IMG/VR virus record: IMGVR_UViG_3300048918_000059
Length of the DNA: 51,796 nucleotides
Reading direction: 5' to 3' (one strand)
DNA from: a virus
Under the pieces are notes generated by a model, which was given only the letters and a program-made list of their open reading frames with translations, was not told the origin of the DNA and did not search any database. How positions within the stretch are numbered: the stretch's first letter is position 1; every line of letters begins with the position of its first letter. Both the position numbers and the translations under genes were made by a program. This document shows, one piece after another, positions 1 through 7,821 of the stretch.

Positions 1-127
1 GAAAGCATTAAAAGACGATCTAATTTCGCACGGCTTAATTGGTACTTAGATTAATACGTTGGGTTTGGTATAGCCAATATCAACAAGGATAGCGTTAGCT
101 TTAGCAATATACCAATCTAGATCAATA
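1..127. repeat. Terminal direct repeat, left copy (identical to 51670-51796)
   Basis: Positions 1-127 are base-for-base identical to the last 127 nt of the window, so the unique sequence is 51669 bp. This fits a circularly closed contig (assembler k-mer-length overlap) or a short terminal redundancy. Confidence 0.95.
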
Positions 128-2007
128 TCAGAAGGCAATTGGGGCGGTAGCTGCATTAGTGGCACCGCCCCTTCTGTGTCGGGAACAGCATGACCCGACT
201 TGCACTTTAGGATTGGACCGGGGGTTGCTTGCGTGGAGTAGTACCAACGGACAAGTTTCCCGAGGTAATAACCATCTTTGTAGGCACCGCCTGTTGCGTT
301 TTTGATTGAGACGAAATCTTGAATGCGCTTGGCGTTGCGTATAGTAGTTTCAATTGGTGTTCCTTTCGTTAACAGCGCTTGAACGGCCATAGAGCAAACA
401 TAAACTTCCGGGTTAGTGCTGAGAGGGCTATTTAGCGCCGAACCCTTATCACTGTAGGCACCTTTGACTTTAACTTTGCCGTCCGTCTTTACTGCAAAGT
501 AAGCGTTAACATCCCTCGAATATATGGCGCTGTAGCGCGTTTCCTCGGTGCGCAGGCCAGTCTCGCGGCCCCATATGCCTACAGTTTTGTTTAACGCATC
601 ATACCGAGACTTAGGGCACACAACGACAATGCCGTCCGTATTAGCCGATACAACCTCTAAGCCCATATCGGTAAAGCGCTCAATCAGCATGACTAGGCTT
701 AGCTGCCCGGTTAGGGTAATTTGCACCATGTTAGCCGGATCATAGACAATGCTATAAGGGTCCGATGTTTTACCGAAAATACCGTTATTAGCGATCTTCA
801 AACCGCCAGCTTCGGCTTCAAGCAAATCGGCTTCCTTGATCTTCCCTGCATCGCGTAGGATAGGAAAGTTATCTTTAGCTGATGTACGGCGATCAACCAT
901 GCCGCCAAGGGCAACAAAGAAATGCTCGCCAAGGTGCGCAGGGCCAAACTTGTTATTAAGAATAAGGTTCGGATAATAGCCGGTAACGTCAATGTCTAAA
1001 ATATAGTTGTCAGAGCCAGCAACTACAGCTTGCTTTTTCTCGTTAGAGTGCAGCCCGCCAATGCCTACAGAATACTTGCGCCCCGCTATGGTTAGCTTCT
1101 TCTCGCGGATGTCTGGCGGACAATCGACGTGCCCTGTCTCCCCTACAGCGAGCGGAGTAGCCGCGAAGTCGCGCAGGGCGGCTGTCAGAGCCTCATTCTC
1201 GAACGCGATGTACGCAGGCGGGCTGTAATGGAAAACAAGCCCTGCGGCGCTCTCTGGACCCGGCTTCTTAGGCACGAAGCCAGCGGCCCGCCTGAGTTCC
1301 GCGACCATGACGGCTTCCGCCATCTGCGCATCTGATTTGGAGCGTAAATCAATGTTGCCGTAGAGCCGTCCGAAGTCCTCACGCAAAGCAATATGCGGCG
1401 CTAACTCGCGATAGATCAATTCGAGATTGTCAAGATCGTTAAAGCAATAATCTCTAATCTGTAGGCATTCCGCTTCGGTCAAGGTCGCGTGTGGATCAAT
1501 CGGCAACTCTTGAATGCGTTCCGCATGAAGCCGTGCGCCGTAAAGTTTCTGACTGCCTTTCAGCGGGCATACTTCCATAATGTCGATATGGTTAAACGGG
1601 CAGTCGAGCCAAGGCCGCTTAGCGTCGTTTAGGATTATTTCGTCGGATAGCGCCTTGACCGCATCGGCATCGGCACCCTTCAAAATGATACGCAATATCG
1701 GCATATCGTAACCAATGCCGTTGAACGTCACTAGCCGGAAGTGCGACAAAGCCCAACGCAGCGCGTCTAGGTTAAATGGCCGCTCCATAAAGAAGTATTG
1801 GCCGGAGTTAAGATGCTTAAACGCAATCAGATTGTAATTACGATAGTTCTCGGTATCTAGCGCTACTTCATCGCCAAAAGGCAAAGCCATGGGATCGCTG
1901 CACATTAGCCGCTCTGGCGCATCATACTCCAAGCGTTTAAGGGACGATGGATCAATGCCCACCGCCCCTTTTGGCTTTTTGGTCAATTCTTCGTCGGTGA
2001 AGAACAT
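46..2007 (-). CDS. DNA polymerase with N-terminal 3'-5' proofreading exonuclease (family-B-like motifs)
   Basis: 653-aa ORF. DnaQ-like exonuclease motifs ALDTENY, TFNGIGYDMPIL and YCFNDLDNL. Polymerase motifs LDIDVTGYYPNLIL (cf. DxxSLYPS), KIANNGIFGK (cf. KxxxNSxYG) and SANTDGIVV (cf. DTDS). The stop codon lies inside the terminal repeat and overlaps the tailspike stop. Confidence 0.8.
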   Translation of the reverse strand: MFFTDEELTKKPKGAVGIDPSSLKRLEYDAPERLMCSDPMALPFGDEVALDTENYRNYNLIAFKHLNSGQYFFMERPFNLDALRWALSHFRLVTFNGIGYDMPILRIILKGADADAVKALSDEIILNDAKRPWLDCPFNHIDIMEVCPLKGSQKLYGARLHAERIQELPIDPHATLTEAECLQIRDYCFNDLDNLELIYRELAPHIALREDFGRLYGNIDLRSKSDAQMAEAVMVAELRRAAGFVPKKPGPESAAGLVFHYSPPAYIAFENEALTAALRDFAATPLAVGETGHVDCPPDIREKKLTIAGRKYSVGIGGLHSNEKKQAVVAGSDNYILDIDVTGYYPNLILNNKFGPAHLGEHFFVALGGMVDRRTSAKDNFPILRDAGKIKEADLLEAEAGGLKIANNGIFGKTSDPYSIVYDPANMVQITLTGQLSLVMLIERFTDMGLEVVSANTDGIVVVCPKSRYDALNKTVGIWGRETGLRTEETRYSAIYSRDVNAYFAVKTDGKVKVKGAYSDKGSALNSPLSTNPEVYVCSMAVQALLTKGTPIETTIRNAKRIQDFVSIKNATGGAYKDGYYLGKLVRWYYSTQATPGPILKCKSGHAVPDTEGAVPLMQLPPQLPSDIDLDWYIAKANAILVDIGYTKPNVLI

Positions 2008-2198
2008 TATGCTTTAAGTTCTCGATAAGCTACAATTGTTCGTCCGGGTATTGTAGGAGCGTAAGCATTGCCTACATTCCAGTTGCCTTCGAAATATTCA
2101 TCGATATTAATAACTTCATCGTTGGCTAATTTGGCTTGTCCAAATTTGATAGGCTGTTCGCCGCCGTCCCATTTAATCCATTTGCCATAAATTGCCAT
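2007..2198 (-). CDS. hypothetical protein (63 aa)
   Basis: The track ORF 2007..2210 starts at the ATG inside a GATGGAGGA box. The ATG at 2198 sits 5 nt downstream of the GGAGGA and is the likelier start. The stop overlaps the polymerase start (TAATG). Confidence 0.6.
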   Translation of the reverse strand: MAIYGKWIKWDGGEQPIKFGQAKLANDEVINIDEYFEGNWNVGNAYAPTIPGRTIVAYRELKA

Positions 2199-2213
2199 AA
2201 TTTCCTCCATCCA

Positions 2214-3170
2214 TCAAGCCATCAAGGCAACAACCCCTCTGACATTCCCCTTATAGAAGTAGAATTTGCCATTGTCAATAGCAAAATGCTCTACGTAAGG
2301 CTTGACCGCTTTAAGATAGTCCGCATTGATACGAATTTCAGGATGGCTAACGCTCCATTCCACAGCGTAGCTAGCCGTAGGCGTTTCCATGCGCATATCG
2401 CTAAGCCTAATTGCGTCGCTGTTGCCACGAAACGGCATGACGTTATCTAAGCCTTCCCAAATGTCGGACATAGGGAACCATTCGCCATTCCAAGCGCAAA
2501 CGCTAGAATAAGGCAAGGGCTCCGCATCCATCGTACTTGTTCGTAGCCACGAATTATCCTCAAAAAATACCGTAAAGCTATTGTCCGAACAGCCAAAGCC
2601 TTTAATAGCTTTGCCTACAGATAGAACGCGAGTAACGAATTTCTTAGGCAACATCAATGTCGGCAGGTTAAGCCCGTGATATGCTTGCATGATGACGTTG
2701 CGGTTAGTAGTGCTAACGAGCCCTTCGCTAACGCAAATGCTTGCGCTTTGGATATGCTCTGCATCTTCGTCCGCAATGTGCGCGACTTGCGCGATTGCCT
2801 CGAATAGCGCCGGGGCAAGCTCGCTGTAATAGCCGTCCGGGGTACTCGCGGGCAGGCCTGCAACTGTAGGCAGGGTGACGCGCAAAGGGCCGCTATTGAC
2901 GCTTACGACGCCGCGAAGCTCGGACATGGCATAGCCGTCCTTGCACCGCTCTAGTGCCGCTATAAGCTGGTGGCACGGCGGGTTCGCAGAAATGGCGGCT
3001 TCGGTCAGGATGCCTGCCGACAGCGGCTTGTTGAAAGCTGTGATTGCACCGTTGGCTATAACGCAGCATGTTTCGTTAGGCTCACCTTTCTTTGCTAGGA
3101 TTGAGCTAATGAAGCGCAATTGTTCTAGCAGGGGGTTGGGTTCTACCGGGGGCTTTTTCTTAGCGGCCAT
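2214..3170 (-). CDS. hypothetical protein, possible sliding-clamp (DnaN-like) replication accessory factor
   Basis: 318-aa ORF between the helicase and polymerase genes. It shows loose resemblance to beta-clamp sequence logic (LVSTTNRNVIMQA..., LMLPKKFV). No decisive motif, so the function is tentative. Confidence 0.4.
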   Translation of the reverse strand: MAAKKKPPVEPNPLLEQLRFISSILAKKGEPNETCCVIANGAITAFNKPLSAGILTEAAISANPPCHQLIAALERCKDGYAMSELRGVVSVNSGPLRVTLPTVAGLPASTPDGYYSELAPALFEAIAQVAHIADEDAEHIQSASICVSEGLVSTTNRNVIMQAYHGLNLPTLMLPKKFVTRVLSVGKAIKGFGCSDNSFTVFFEDNSWLRTSTMDAEPLPYSSVCAWNGEWFPMSDIWEGLDNVMPFRGNSDAIRLSDMRMETPTASYAVEWSVSHPEIRINADYLKAVKPYVEHFAIDNGKFYFYKGNVRGVVALMA

Positions 3171-3334
3171 TACGATTTATCCGAAAGCCAAACAGTCCGT
3201 GCATATTCCCATCCGGCACGCCAAGCAATGCCTTTAAGAGTGCTTAACTTGTAAGGTGGCGTAAATTGCTGTTTTACAAAATCGCAATATCCCTCACAGA
3301 AATATGCGTTATGCATTCGTCTATCACCAGCCAT
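3170..3334 (-). CDS. hypothetical protein (54 aa)
   Basis: Internal ATG at 3334 of track ORF 3170..3403, preceded by GGAGG about 9 nt upstream. It overlaps the helicase 3' end by 11 nt, and its stop overlaps the next start. Confidence 0.5.
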   Translation of the reverse strand: MAGDRRMHNAYFCEGYCDFVKQQFTPPYKLSTLKGIAWRAGWEYARTVWLSDKS

Positions 3335-5021
3335 AACCTGTAACCTCCGGATACTTCCTATTAACCACAACATCAATTGTCTTAGGTTTAGCCAATTGTG
3401 CATTCAAACGCAAGGCTTCGTCAATGTTAGTCGGCGGTTCTGTCGCACTGCGCTGCCGCCACCAATCCCTTGCAATCTTACCAGCATAGCCGCCATGCTC
3501 AAAGCCCTTAAGCTCTGTGAATGACCGCAATCCGCATTGATACGTCGCTTTAAGCATCGCCTTGTTGCCCTTTACCTCTTGACGAGTGTAAAAGACGTTA
3601 TCGACAGGAAATGTCTCGACTTGCGGCGCATCGCTTTCGGGTATCTGAGTACCGCGAATGATTTCGTCCGTGCCTGCTTGGTCGTACACTTTTGGGATTA
3701 GCTTGAACTGCGCCCCGCATTCATCGCAGTAGCGTGCCGAAGCATGGTTATAGCCACCGCAGCCTATAGCAACGCCAAACTCAGGCTGTACCAGCTTTTC
3801 AGTCTCACAAATCTTGATCGGCGCAACGCCGCCCTTGTCGCCTTTACGCTTCGGAATAACCGGGTCGTTGATCGGGCCTAGACGCGGCACATTGCCTACA
3901 AAGTCAAGCCCTCTGCAATTGATTTTCACATGACCGCAAAGACGCGCATAACGCTCTTGCTGCTTTGGAGATAGCTTGAACCAGTCGAAAGGCCGCGTTC
4001 CACGTCCCCACTTTTGTACATGCTTGCCAGTCGAAGTTGTTAGCTGAATATCGGCAATCAAATCTAGAAACGGGTTGTTGATGCCTACAGTTAGCACGTT
4101 TTGGTTTACTGCAAACGCGACTTCGTTAGCAAGCCATGCTAGAATATTAGCCGTGCGTTGCTTAGGCGACATTTTGGAATGCACGCCAACTGTAGGCAAA
4201 CCCATCGCGTTCAAAATCGCAACAGCTTCGTCAACATGCTTGACCGAGCTAACAAACACCAAGCCAGAACGGCGCTTTTCATGTAGGAACCATGCAACTG
4301 TTTCACGCAAAGCAGGCTCTAGAATGTGCTGCGCATCAACCGCGCGCTCAACTTCCGACTGCACGAAATCGCCGTTGCTAATATGAATTCCGGTGCTATC
4401 TAGCTTAATATCAGTAGGGCGGGCTACTACAGGTGCAAGATAGCCTTCTTCAATCAAGCGATTAAAGTTCTCGCGCGAAGTGCAATCGTAAATCACATCA
4501 TCAAATAGGCCACTATCGGTAATCATACCTTGGCCTAGACGATAGGGCGTGGCCGAATAGCCTATTACTTTCATATTCGGATTTATCGAACGCAGCTTTT
4601 CAATTGTAAATTGATAGCGCGTATCATCATTAGGCGAAACTAGATGCGCTTCATCAATAAAGCAAAGATCGCGCCAACCAAACATTTCGACGCAATTAGC
4701 TACCGATTGAATAGAGCCGTAAATAATGTCGTGCGCGGTATCTTTACGCTTAAGCCCAGCCGAGAATACGCCTACAGGTGCATTAGGCCAAATATCGCGC
4801 ATAGTTTGCGCATTGCCATCGACTAGCTCTTGCACGTGCGTTAAGTTAATAAACCGCTGGCCTGCAAACATTGACATAAAACGGCGCTGCGTTTCAGCCA
4901 TGGTGAAGCTCTTGCCGGTGCCCGTTGGCAAGGCAATGACGCAATTACCCTTGTTGCCTTGTGAGTAATACTCCAAAGGCGCGGCAATCGCTTCTTCCTG
5001 AAACCACCGCTTTTCGTACAT
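3324..5021 (-). CDS. SF2 DEAH-box DNA helicase with internal zinc ribbon
   Basis: 565 aa. Walker A ALPTGTGKS, DEAH box FIDEAHLV, and a Cys motif CGGYNHASARYCDECG. Confidence 0.85.
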   Translation of the reverse strand: MYEKRWFQEEAIAAPLEYYSQGNKGNCVIALPTGTGKSFTMAETQRRFMSMFAGQRFINLTHVQELVDGNAQTMRDIWPNAPVGVFSAGLKRKDTAHDIIYGSIQSVANCVEMFGWRDLCFIDEAHLVSPNDDTRYQFTIEKLRSINPNMKVIGYSATPYRLGQGMITDSGLFDDVIYDCTSRENFNRLIEEGYLAPVVARPTDIKLDSTGIHISNGDFVQSEVERAVDAQHILEPALRETVAWFLHEKRRSGLVFVSSVKHVDEAVAILNAMGLPTVGVHSKMSPKQRTANILAWLANEVAFAVNQNVLTVGINNPFLDLIADIQLTTSTGKHVQKWGRGTRPFDWFKLSPKQQERYARLCGHVKINCRGLDFVGNVPRLGPINDPVIPKRKGDKGGVAPIKICETEKLVQPEFGVAIGCGGYNHASARYCDECGAQFKLIPKVYDQAGTDEIIRGTQIPESDAPQVETFPVDNVFYTRQEVKGNKAMLKATYQCGLRSFTELKGFEHGGYAGKIARDWWRQRSATEPPTNIDEALRLNAQLAKPKTIDVVVNRKYPEVTGYGW

Positions 5022-5368
5022 TATTCCACCTTATGAATATAAACGCCCTTAGCGGCAGCTTGCTTACACATATTAGCGGTGCCATTTCCTCCCGGAAAGG
5101 CAACTACAGCGTCAATTGGCGAGCAATGCTCAAGCATCCATCCGTTGCGGATAGAGCCCGCCGCTTTGCCATGCGTTGACCACGGAGCCCTTACACGTAG
5201 GCAGCAAATGCCGCGCGTCTCGCACCATAGCTCCGCTAGGCCGTCTGCACCTTTCGCGCCGCCTTGTATAACTACCGTTATCGGCTTCGCAGCGTGTATC
5301 GCGTCTAGCTCTGCGAACAAGCGGACTTGATCGCTATAATCTCGCCCGCCTGTTACTAGGATGCGCAT
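5021..5368 (-). CDS. SLOG-fold / DUF2493-family protein
   Basis: 115 aa. MRILVTGGRDY...VVIQGGAKGADGLAE...VAFPGGNGTANM, which is the Rossmann-like GGxxGxD pattern of DUF2493 (SLOG superfamily). Confidence 0.7.
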   Translation of the reverse strand: MRILVTGGRDYSDQVRLFAELDAIHAAKPITVVIQGGAKGADGLAELWCETRGICCLRVRAPWSTHGKAAGSIRNGWMLEHCSPIDAVVAFPGGNGTANMCKQAAAKGVYIHKVE

Positions 5369-5550
5369 TAGTTAGGCAACTGCATATCGCGTGGCGGATA
5401 ACCGGCTTTAACCGAACCTTCGCGGTAAGGGCGCCAAGCTTTGTCGATAACTTGATTTAGCCAAGTTGGACGCTTTCCGCTATGCTCAAGACCATGTTCA
5501 TAAATGTATCGCAATGCCATTTGCATTTGCTCTAATTCGTCGTGTGGCAT
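5368..5550 (-). CDS. hypothetical protein (60 aa)
   Basis: Track ORF. An AGATGGAGGA box lies 3 nt upstream of the ATG, and the stop overlaps the next start. Confidence 0.65.
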   Translation of the reverse strand: MPHDELEQMQMALRYIYEHGLEHSGKRPTWLNQVIDKAWRPYREGSVKAGYPPRDMQLPN

Positions 5551-5576
5551 ATTTCCTCCATCTATTTAGCAACCTA

Positions 5577-5605
5577 CCCCTAACCGCCATTCGCCTAACT
5601 GTCAA
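5577..5605 (-). promoter_or_regulatory. putative sigma70-type promoter (TTGACA-GTTAGG family)
   Basis: Minus-strand TTGACAGTTAGGCGAATGGCGGT-TAGGGG, immediately after the stop of 5609..5800. The -10 element is weak. Confidence 0.3.
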
Positions 5606-5608
5606 GGG

Positions 5609-5800
5609 TTAAAGCCGCTTATACGCTTCAAGCGAACGCTTGCCAAGCGCCGTAACAACATAGCCATAGCTAGGATTAGTACCCCAGCGATAGGCAAGAC
5701 AACCCTTGCGAACAAGCCCGCGAGGCGAACCATTGCGCGGATTGGCAAGATAAGCAGCCTGTGCCTCTGTAAGCTTTACCGTGTTCATCATATTCTCCAT
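5609..5800 (-). CDS. hypothetical protein (about 59-63 aa)
   Basis: Track ORF. Its first ATG is part of a GATGGAGAA box, so the true start is probably the ATG at 5791 or 5788. Confidence 0.6.
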   Translation of the reverse strand: MENMMNTVKLTEAQAAYLANPRNGSPRGLVRKGCLAYRWGTNPSYGYVVTALGKRSLEAYKRL

Positions 5801-5814
5801 CGTTTGATGGAATT

Positions 5815-5843
5815 TATCTAATAGCCAAACCTAACCCTGTCAA
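5815..5843 (-). promoter_or_regulatory. putative sigma70-type promoter (TTGACA-GGGTTAGG family)
   Basis: Minus-strand TTGACA (5843-5838), 17-nt spacer GGGTTAGGTTTGGCTAT, then TAGATA (5820-5815). Confidence 0.45.
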
Positions 5844-5846
5844 GCC

Positions 5847-6701
5847 CTAAATCACACTTTCCCATTGATCGCACGCTTTAGGCCAAAACTCTTTTGGTAT
5901 GACTGCACCATGCAAGTTACAATGCCATTCGCCATTTGCAACAGGAACACTATTGCGGCACGATCTGCAATTAACCTCAGGCTTCGCGCCATGATGGCAG
6001 ACATCATTGGCGAAGCAGCCTTTGCACAGCCAGAAAGTAGGGTTTGCCGATACGCGCTTAGGCGGCTCTTTCGTATAGATAATATCCTTTGCGCGCGCCT
6101 CTTTGCGCTCGCATTCCTCAAACGATAATTCTTCAATCTCTACATGGATTGTGTCGTCGTTCTTATTGATTGAGAGGTACAGAACGTGCTTAATTGAAAG
6201 CTTCGCACCGTAAATACTATTCTGGCTGAAATGCTCGGGGTGAACCTTCTTAACGCCTTCCGCGCAAAGCTTGTTAAAGCCTGAGCCCGTGCCTTTGGTT
6301 TTGTACTCAAGCAGGATAGGCCCGTCGCCATAGATTTCGGCAAACCATGAAGGCCCTTTAGCGATGCCATCAACAGAGCCGCCGAAATGCCCGTCAACTC
6401 CACTTACACGAAACTGCTTGCCGTTTTCGTCAACGTCCCAAACCGTAAAGCCGATGCCGCGCAGCCATTCCGTAAAGCGTTCTTCCTCGCGATGACCGCG
6501 ATTAAATAGGCGGTACATGCGGCCTGAAAAGTTAGCAGGCGCTAGCCACCGGAACGTTGCCCACAGTTGGAAGTCACACTCTTTGCCGATAATGCTTGCC
6601 CCCAAATGCGAGCGGTGCCCATCATTGTAGGCACGTTGGCAGTAGTTATCAATCTCGGTAGAGACGCGGCTTGCAAGCTGGCGACGGGTTTCAGCGTCCA
6701 T
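5847..6701 (-). CDS. PD-(D/E)XK (RecB/Cas4-like) exonuclease with C-terminal Cys cluster
   Basis: 284 aa from the ATG at 6701 (TAATG overlap with the upstream stop). VDGI...LLEYKTKG gives the D...ExK motif. C-terminal cysteines CKGCFANDVCHH...CRSCRN...HCNLHG. Confidence 0.7.
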   Translation of the reverse strand: MDAETRRQLASRVSTEIDNYCQRAYNDGHRSHLGASIIGKECDFQLWATFRWLAPANFSGRMYRLFNRGHREEERFTEWLRGIGFTVWDVDENGKQFRVSGVDGHFGGSVDGIAKGPSWFAEIYGDGPILLEYKTKGTGSGFNKLCAEGVKKVHPEHFSQNSIYGAKLSIKHVLYLSINKNDDTIHVEIEELSFEECERKEARAKDIIYTKEPPKRVSANPTFWLCKGCFANDVCHHGAKPEVNCRSCRNSVPVANGEWHCNLHGAVIPKEFWPKACDQWESVI

Positions 6702-6886
6702 TAGAAACAAAACCAAGCAGCGCACTTAGTGCATTTTACACCCCCGCCGCCATAGAAATTTGAATAGATAATACCATCGCAACCGGGGGTAGCTCCGTAA
6801 AGCTGGTCCAAAGGATGATTGCTGGCCTGCACGTCTTTACAAACATTGCTACTAGAAGGTTTTGCAAAAGTTTTAGTCTGTTCCAT
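6701..6886 (-). CDS. hypothetical Cys-containing small protein (61 aa)
   Basis: Track ORF. A GATGGAGG box lies 4 nt upstream of the ATG. Confidence 0.6.
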   Translation of the reverse strand: MEQTKTFAKPSSSNVCKDVQASNHPLDQLYGATPGCDGIIYSNFYGGGGVKCTKCAAWFCF

Positions 6887-6903
6887 ACAACCTCCATCTA
6901 ATT

Positions 6904-6995
6904 TGGTCCGGGCGGCGGGAGTCGAACCCGCGATGTGTCATTAACCGTGTCCGATTTTAAGTCGGATGCCTTTCAACCAGCTTGGCCACGCCCGG
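6904..6995 (-). tRNA. tRNA-Leu (anticodon UAA), type II with long variable arm, CCA encoded
   Basis: The reverse complement folds as acceptor CCGGGCG/CGCCCGG, anticodon arm TCCGA-CTTAAAA-TCGGA (anticodon TAA), T-arm GCGGG-TTCGACT-CCCGC, then ACCA at the 3' end. Confidence 0.85.
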
Positions 6996-7015
6996 TTTGT
7001 TCTAAACCATCAAAA

Positions 7016-7082
7016 GTAAGGCGATGCAACCTGTCCGCTGTTGCGCTAAGAGGGGAAGCACGGCCAATTCCCATCGCCTTAC
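7016..7082. repeat. 11-bp perfect inverted repeat enclosing 45 nt
   Basis: GTAAGGCGATG (7016-7026) and CATCGCCTTAC (7072-7082), lying between gene 7120..7383 and tRNA-Leu. Confidence 0.9.
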
Positions 7083-7095
7083 ATTTCATGGTAGT

Positions 7096-7111
7096 CGGGG
7101 CCGAAGCCCCG
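7096..7111 (-). terminator. GC-rich tetraloop hairpin downstream of 7120..7383 (no U-tract)
   Basis: CGGGGC-CGAA-GCCCCG, 9 nt after the stop. It lacks a T-run, so it may be a stabiliser or processing hairpin rather than an intrinsic terminator. Confidence 0.3.
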
Positions 7112-7119
7112 GCTATCAT

Positions 7120-7383
7120 TTACTTGCAAAAGCGCCGCTCAAGTTCATCGATAAGCGGGTTCAGCCAGCTTTCGCGATAAATGCGGGTCTGCTCCCTGCA
7201 AAAATCTTCAACACTTGGCATATTCTTATTAACTTGTTCATGCCAGCCTACATTGTAGGCAACTTCAATTTCGTTGTAACCGACGCTGAAACTTTCCATA
7301 TTTGCATACTTGCGAATTTCACGCAGAAGCTTTGCCTTGCTCCATTTCGTGTGATCGCTCGACATATCGTTATAGTGCGCCAT
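7120..7383 (-). CDS. hypothetical protein (87 aa)
   Basis: Track ORF. A CGATGGAGGA box lies 7 nt upstream of the ATG, with a promoter-like element just upstream. Confidence 0.7.
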   Translation of the reverse strand: MAHYNDMSSDHTKWSKAKLLREIRKYANMESFSVGYNEIEVAYNVGWHEQVNKNMPSVEDFCREQTRIYRESWLNPLIDELERRFCK

Positions 7384-7412
7384 TTCTATTCCTCCATCGT
7401 TCTAACAACACC

Positions 7413-7441
7413 CTTTTAACCGCTTCACCTAACCTTGTCAA
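7413..7441 (-). promoter_or_regulatory. putative sigma70-type promoter (TTGACA-AGGTTAGG family)
   Basis: Minus-strand TTGACA (7441-7436), 17-nt spacer AGGTTAGGTGAAGCGGT, then TAAAAG (7418-7413). Confidence 0.45.
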
Positions 7442-7460
7442 CACTTAATTCAAAAATAAT

Positions 7461-7537
7461 TGGCGACCCCGGCAGGACTCGAACCTGCAACATCAAAGAT
7501 AGAAGCTTCGTGGCCTATCCAGTTGGCCTACGGGGTC
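7461..7537 (-). tRNA. tRNA-Arg (anticodon UCU), CCA encoded
   Basis: Reverse complement: acceptor GACCCCG/CGGGGTC, D-arm GGCC...GGCC, anticodon arm CGAAG-CTTCTAT-CTTTG (anticodon TCT), T-arm GCAGG-TTCGAGT-CCTGC, then GCCA at the 3' end. Confidence 0.9.
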
Positions 7538-7544
7538 GCAATTA

Positions 7545-7619
7545 TGGTACTCGCATTAGGATTTGAACCTAAATCAACCCGTTATGAGCGGGCGGCTTTA
7601 ACCGTTAAGCTATGCGAGC
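7545..7619 (-). tRNA. tRNA with CAU anticodon (elongator Met, or Ile2 if lysidine-modified), CCA encoded
   Basis: Reverse complement: acceptor GCTCGCA/TGCGAGT, anticodon arm GCCCG-CTCATAA-CGGGT (anticodon CAT), T-arm TTAGG-TTCAAAT-CCTAA, then ACCA at the 3' end. It lacks the initiator-type GGG/CCC anticodon stem. Confidence 0.85.
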
Positions 7620-7784
7620 CCGAATGTTGCATACGTTCGCGCCTAGGTATGCAAGCCGAGCATTCACCGAACTAGGACGGAGGAGAACTAAAATTCGGTT
7701 GCGAAAATAAATACGGTTCGCGGAGCAATAAGACGACCTATCCCAACCGTTCTAAACTAGCGCGTCGTTCGCCAATTCAGCATT

Positions 7785-7821
7785 TCTGTAGGCACCTAGG
7801 GCACGATAAGATGCCTACAGA
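7785..7821. repeat. 10-bp inverted repeat built from two copies of the abundant 8-mer
   Basis: TCTGTAGGCA (7785-7794) and TGCCTACAGA (7812-7821) with a 17-nt loop. The right arm contains the stop codon of the HNH-AP2 gene. Confidence 0.9.

Noticed and set aside
1-127. The 127-bp terminal repeat as a genuine biological direct terminal repeat
   Set aside because: This cannot be excluded, but 127 nt is a typical maximal assembler k-mer overlap. The repeat cuts through two coding sequences with no recognisable terminal signals, so circular closure of the assembly is more likely.
7460-7675. 71-aa plus-strand ORF in the track
   Set aside because: It lies antisense across the tRNA-Arg and tRNA-Met genes. 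The tRNA cloverleaves explain the sequence, and the ORF has no SD.
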